From: Polymyxa betae A26-41
Lineage: Eukaryota > Protista > Endomyxa: Phytomyxea
Direction of reading: 5' to 3'
NCBI GenBank assembly: GCA_003693705.1
Contig: RBZT01000756.1
Span: 1 to 54,814 of the forward strand
Length of the DNA: 54,814 nucleotides
In this document: positions 49,001-54,814 of the stretch, in pieces
Position numbering within the stretch: the first letter of the stretch is position 1
Layout: each line of letters starts with the position of its first letter
The notes under the pieces: model-generated
Database searches by the model: none
Told to the model about the DNA's origin: nothing
The model's input: only the letters and a program-made list of their open reading frames with translations
Made by a program: the position numbers and the translations under genes

Positions 49001-50040
49001 GACACAATGTTCTGTAGGCCGCGCTGCCGCGCTCACCGTCGATGGTCATGTGGGTGGGGACGGCTCGATCGGGGTCGGATGTGAACTGGCGAGTTCGTCC
49101 ACTGCATGGGGATGGATTCGTATTGCCGACTCAGGAAGAGATTGCCCAGAGATAACAAACTGCTATCCTGTCCGCGGATGTGGACGTTAACGCTTGGGAT
49201 GAGACCCAAAACTGATAACGGCAATATTCTGAAGACCGACGACAACGAGGTCTGGGTACCGTCCCACAACTAAGCGCTAAGAATCTTGGTGATTGCTCAT
49301 GTGGAAGCGCCGGGCAACGAGGCGCCGGTGCTACAACGATAACGATCAAGTCGAGCAGTATGGTGGCCGAATCTTTCCCATGATATACAGTGATTTGTTA
49401 AAGACTGTTTACACAGCGAGCTGAATAAGGGAGCTGTAATCCCAAGACCATGAGGTACAGCACTACATGCTGACGCTCCAAATAAGCCATTGCATTCCAA
49501 CATTTTTATGGATAAGCTCTAGACAAAGGAGCCCGACGGTTACTGCTACGTATTAGTGATCCAAAACGACTTCTCTTCATATCGTGAACTGATCGCTGCC
49601 AACTCTGCTCATAGTCAAGTGGTGGTCACTGCTTCATTGTCATGGTTTAGCCGCTTTGGAGCTGCGTAGCAATCTGTTAACGACCAAGGTGCGGAATTCA
49701 AGAACGAGGTTATGAAGAAGTTGATTGAAACCATGAAAACTAATCATCATATTACGACGGCGTACGTGCCCTGGGCGAACGGCACCGTCGAAAGAGTGAA
49801 TCGAGTTTTACTGTTTGTTGTTCGAGCGTTGCTCTCTGAGTTCAGACTCCAACCGGCTGAGTGGACTCCAATCTTGCAGTTAGGCCAGATGTCACTGAGC
49901 CACACCCCGACTAAACGATTAGGTAACCTGGCACCTATCACAGTTTTTGCTGGCTAACCTGACTGTAATCCAGTTGCAGCTGTTAACTCAAGCCGACAGA
50001 AAGCTATCGTCGTTGTAAATCTCGATACGAGTTCTTATAC
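46006..50040 (+). mobile_element. Degenerate gypsy gag-pol (gag, PR, RT, RNase H, IN), 3'-truncated by hAT
   Basis: GCLKCKENHWLSACP; LDSGAD; FRITVDLRAIN; YWIDDLL; EPLWFLSGTF; NVWADLL-like SVWADLLTRW; PWANGTVERVN. Possible short LTR TGTTATG...CATAACT at 46006-46106. Confidence 0.9.
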
Positions 50041-50731
50041 GGCGACGCTCTTGGTCTTGGATATCTGCTAAATACTCGCTACATTGGAGAGAAGCTATCA
50101 CTCGAGTTCGGTCGCGTCTTGAAGAGACGTTATTCAGTTATACCACAGAGAACAACCCTGATCAAGACCAAAAGGTAAAGATCTTCCAGCAATATACTGA
50201 GTTTGTAATCAAAGCCCGAAAAGAAAAGTCAATAACACGTTCCGACATGAAATGCTTACCAAGAAAGTGAAATCCCCTCTTGAATATTGGCTGGTTGATG
50301 GCGCGCTGTGGCCAGAGCTGCAGTTCTTTGCTTTGAAAATCTTTTCCATATCAACATCCACAGCTTCTTGCGAAAGAAGTTTCTCAGGCCAGGGTTTTAT
50401 ACATTCTAAACTGAGAAACCGATTGAATGCTTCAAATGTCGAAAAGGTCGTTTACATTCGAACAAATAGCCCCCAATTTGATGAATCGCCTATTGGAGAG
50501 CAGTGCTACAGTTCAGACAATGATGATAACACTGAATAATGCAATGTAAAGGGTAATAGAAACTTTATTTCAACAAAATAAAGAAATCTCAAATACATAG
50601 CAAAGCTCTGGAAGACTCGAGTTTTCATATTTTGGTTTTCAAGGGGTTTTTCGGGGTTTTTTGTAGGTTTTTAAGAAAAAACCAAAAACGGGATTTTTTA
50701 GGTAAAACAAATCGGGTTTTTTCCAACCCTG
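50041..50731 (+). mobile_element. 3' end of a hAT transposon (dimerisation domain and terminus)
   Basis: SPLEYW..WPELQFFALKIFSISTSTASCERSFS..HSKLRNRL; GGTTTT subterminal repeats; terminus CCAACCCTG. Confidence 0.9.
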
Positions 50732-52584
50732 GTTTCTCAACTACTCGGTCCTGATTCTTCTTGTTCAGACTCAGCGCATCCAGCGCACTTTTTGACTCAA
50801 TTCCGAGAGTCTCTAGCAAATCACTACCCAGTATGATTTCTTCACAAGGGGCATCCCAGATCAGACACTGGCGTCTACGAGTGATCAGTTCAATGGTTTT
50901 TTGCGCAGCCTCAAGTTTACGCAAACAAAGTCCGTGGCCAGTATATCAGTCGCCTGATCACCTAACCTCAGTCGAACTGGCTCAGGGAGTTTTTGTAACG
51001 TAATTGCAGGGTCGTTCAGCATCGCCTTATCTGCGATATTCCGTGGTATCAAAGACACCCCAATATCTCCGCTATCCAATATAGCAGGTAAATTCAAGCT
51101 ATCGTTAATCCTCACAAGCACTTCTCTGCTATTATTCTCTGCTCCAATCTAAAGAACATGTTAATAGTTTGAATTGTTCTTTCATGTATTTTTGGATTTG
51201 ATAATATCAAAGACCTCCTGCTTTGACAAGTTCTTCGGACATTTGAAAACCGGGTGTCCGACCTCATGACAGCCAAAACACTTCAACCTCTTCTTCCTAG
51301 TCCGCCATCTGATTCTCGAGACTGCTTCGTCGACGCTTGTCCCTTCACCTTTTCGTCATTAGTTACTTTTTGGCGTTTGCTTGGAGGTGCACCCACTGTA
51401 AGATCCGTGCGATGAAAAGCGGACGTCTCTTGATATTAGACGGACACCTCCTGTAGCAACTTTAAAAACGCCGCAGGATCCTTCGACAGATGAGCTTCAC
51501 GATGAACGCGGTCACTCATCATCCTGCTCAAACCTTTCGGCTCAACCGCGTTCAGGAGAAATTTCTCCTGACGCTTTTTGCCTTCCGGATCAACAAATAG
51601 GCGCTCCCAACCGTTCTCCTTCACTATCCGGTGAAAATGCACAATCCGATCGATGACACGAGCGCCCGCCGACTCGATCTTCACCTTCATTTTCAGTTGT
51701 CCATCTTCTGGTCCAGGCGGACGTCACGGGACTTGCCATCACGTAATACACTCGACATCCATTTCTCAAGGTCTTTGTCAGCGACAACAATAAATGATTT
51801 GCCGATGGAATATAAACAAATCGTCTCAGGGAAGACTGGTTCCAATATCGACACCAGCGACCTCAATCGAATGTAGGCCCGCCTCAAAATGGACCCGGAT
51901 ATATTTTTCCCGTTTCTTCTGGAGCTAAAGGATATGCTTTCGATCAGCAGTCCTCAATATTGGAGCCTTGTTAGTCTCCAGTACGGCCAGATTTCCAAAA
52001 GCAAATCTTGGCTGTTTCGTCTGATGTTTCTGCACCAGGTCCTCATATGTCGATCCCTGAGTGGTCTCGGAGTCGTGTACCTTTACATACCTCTCATCCT
52101 CATATCCAGAATCAGTCACTTCATCAATAGTGCAGCCATTGCGAGCCATCATTCACTTGCCACTTTCAGCTCTCAAAGAATTCTTTGTTGAGGTTTCGTC
52201 TCGAGAACGCGACACGTTTCGTTAAAGCGTTGAACAGGATTGTGATCTATTGGGATTCAATATCAGGCCTTAACGTTCTTTCACGCCCTTCAAGAGAAGC
52301 TCCGGACTTTTCGGACTCCGAGAGCGACTCACGCAGTCTCTGTCGCCACTGGGACTCCAGTGGCGAAAGTCGACTCGCCCAGTGACAATTCGGACTCCCT
52401 GGATACTTACTTAGGATCAGTCCGCAGGATCACTCGGCTTCGTGGATTGACCCAGCTTCCTAATAATCTCAGATTTGAGAGAGCAATACTACACAGTCCA
52501 AACTGGTAGTAATTACTGGTCTTATCATTTATATAATCAGATAGTACGTACCATACTGCGTACGGAGGTTTAGAGAACTTCACA
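50732..52584 (-). mobile_element. 5' fragment of a gypsy element (possible LTR, gag, protease)
   Basis: KCFGCHEVGHPVFKCP knuckle; PAILDSG..IILGSDLL (PR); TGTGAAG start at 52584. The inner LTR boundary is uncertain. Confidence 0.82.
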
Positions 52585-52594
52585 TCTGATACAC

Positions 52595-53040
52595 ATCGAC
52601 ACGGGCAAAACTTCCCGCAGGACGGTCGCCCATCAAGTCAAAACGGGTCTTCAAGGCTAAACTCAAGGAGAATGCAACAATGACCGATGTTGCAGTGCCC
52701 GCCTACCGCACTAGCACAAGAATTTAGCCAAAGTTACAAACTCGGCTATGACGATACACGATCCCCAGATGCCTCGATCACAACTATTGGAATAATATTG
52801 GGACTAATTGCAGATAATTGGCGCGTTCCCCAATCGGTTGTCGACACCGCGTACCTCAACATTGACATTAACGCCGAACTCTACATCACACAACCTCAGG
52901 TGCTGGAGGGATCTAGCAGAGAGAGCGGTCTCTGCATTGCAATTTGAAAAGACATTTATGGATTAAAAAATTGAAATGGGACGGTTTGGCTTGCTATGAA
53001 TCATTTCTCCGCCGTTCTCAACAAGCTCGGAATCGATAGT
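52595..53040 (+). pseudogene. Highly decayed copia RT fragment
   Basis: KLPAGRSPIKSKRVFK; AQEFSQ..YDDTRSP; DTAYLN..ELYITQP; IYGLK. Confidence 0.8.
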
Positions 53041-53429
53041 ATTTTTCATCACCAATATCTGTCCTTCAAAATGTCTGTGAGGTCCGGGATTGTTAGAGTA
53101 AGTGAGGCAAGAGCGATCAATGTCTGGGAAGCAGTCAGTTTAAGAAGTGATTGTATTAATGGCGTAAAATATGATTAACGCTGGTTCAAATATATGGACA
53201 ATCCGTGGCGGGGTTGTCGTACACCAGAGGGAGCTGCCATGGTCGACTGGGTCGGTGTTTGCTATAGCAACTCCCGGTTCGGAGTTTGAAAACGCCAGTC
53301 GTTCGTCGCCGAGCACGACTCGAGCCAAGTTACCATGCGTCCACTTGTCGTGCACACCAGCCTTCGATTGATGTCTCGACAAGGATTACACTTATAGCTA
53401 CGTAAGTGGACGATCTGAGTATCGCATAA

Positions 53430-53720
53430 AAGTCTGAAAGTAAATTTACCGGATTTGAATCACCAATATCCCATCACCTTATGGTTAAAATGTTGGGAGA
53501 TGCGAAGCGGATTTACCCACACCAAGGCACGCACGGTCGCACTCATGGCCGCGTGACAGTCACACAGCATGCATAGGATGAGAGCACTAGACCACTTCAA
53601 CATGCCAGATTCCAACCCTGTCACGACACTATCACTGAATGGTGGTCTTTTCCTTCCACAAGTGGCAAGAGTGGCAGGATTCTCTTACATATTCTCTACA
53701 GGAGAAGTCATTGCCCGTTG
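53430..53720 (+). pseudogene. Continuation of the decayed copia RT
   Basis: VKMLGDAK..LDHFNMPDSNPVTT resembles the copia motif LxRFxMxxxxPVxTP. Confidence 0.55.
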
Positions 53721-54814
53721 TCCTGTGTCCGTTCGTGGATTCAATTCTCCAGCGTTCAGACAGCTGCATCTAATTCAGAAAATCTTTCTGTCGATTCCGA
53801 TTTTTCCGCTGTGGTTGTTACCGATCAAAGTGGCAGCTGGTTGATGATTGAGGAGGATTGAGGTGTCGAGTTGGAGCAAGGAACTTCCCTTTCAAGAGCA
53901 AAAAATTCAACAGTTATTCATGGATCGTTCTGGTGACGAACCCAATCTGAGAAAACGTCCTCTATAACGCAGTCTTTTTCCTCAATCACAGGCCGTAAGA
54001 GCCCATTTCTGAGCAATGATATAGTCGCTGCGGTTCTAGAATTTTCAAAATCACAGGGTTTTCCGTCGCAGTGAACACCCACAGATTCGCATCACAACAC
54101 ACACACACCCATCCAGGGCTGGGACCTGAAGCCAAGGTTACCCAACGGGGAAATGTTTATTGCAGCTACAAGGATCCTGAGTTAAGAAGGACATAAAAGT
54201 GGTCAGATCGACATTCGATTGGTTTATCCAAATCGGGTTTGATCGCGGATCTGTTGACTATTACGATGCGAAGGTAATCTTGGAACATATCCATCCTATT
54301 TCAAAAGCTCAGGAATCATTATTTAGCGCCCCAAATTTCATTGGATTCCGTTTTGCTCAAGAATGAGCGCATTACGATATATTCATTTGCGGGGTTCAAT
54401 CTGCCGCTGTTCAAGGTATCTCTACCTGACTCCGATCCGCATTGTGCGGTTGCTTATAATTTTGATCTTTGAACTGTTGCGAAAAATTCTGGAAGGATCT
54501 AACACTAACCGCACATACTCCACCTGTCTGTTGTCACGAAGCATTCGCTAGGGCAAACATTTGCATTTTGGCAACGACCCTCACTACATGATTAAAGTTA
54601 TCGCAAACGGATTCTTTGTTCGTGCGCAGGGAGGCTCATTCAGGTTCACCATACACCAGTCCCTGCAATAAAACAAATGTATTCATTCAGGTTATCTTTC
54701 GCAAACTTCCGCAGCTTCACTTGCACTGAGTGGAATCGTTAAAAATGGCGTCATATGCCAAAGATTATCGTGTCGTCACAATTGTCGACGGCAGTAGAAT
54801 GGTATTGCGTATGG

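Noticed and set aside
148-54551. Numerous short antisense or overlapping ORFs in the supplied track
   Set aside because: Most are shadow frames of TE coding sequence with no independent evidence.
53840-54814. Possible transposase or host gene remnant (FGNDPHYMIKVIANG and a short GT-AG intron)
   Set aside because: Multiple stops and only a vague motif resemblance; cannot be assigned without a search.

Overview
Eukaryotic, almost entirely transposon-derived window: a nested and mostly decayed cluster with no intact host gene, rRNA gene, tRNA gene or CRISPR array. It holds at least six Ty3/gypsy pieces from several lineages and six Ty1/copia pieces, one with both LTRs and a 5-bp TSD (24659-30257). 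It also holds a structurally complete Ngaro-type tyrosine-recombinase retrotransposon with A1-B1-A2-B2 split direct repeats (12904-18681), several PIF/Harbinger elements (one end-to-end, 19348-22807), hAT, Tc1/IS630 and Mutator remnants or MITEs, and a LINE 3' end. One probable host membrane-protein gene is split by the copia insertion. Most notable: (1) two dissimilar copia elements share the 15-nt primer-binding site GATTAAGAGTCCCAT, complementary to the anticodon arm of tRNA-Lys(CUU), which suggests priming by a tRNA-Lys half; both have LTRs that do not end in CA. (2) The Ngaro A repeats begin with a degenerate LSU-rRNA-like segment followed by tRNA-spaced Pol III A/B-box-like motifs. All protein-family calls come from motif recognition by eye; no database searches were run.
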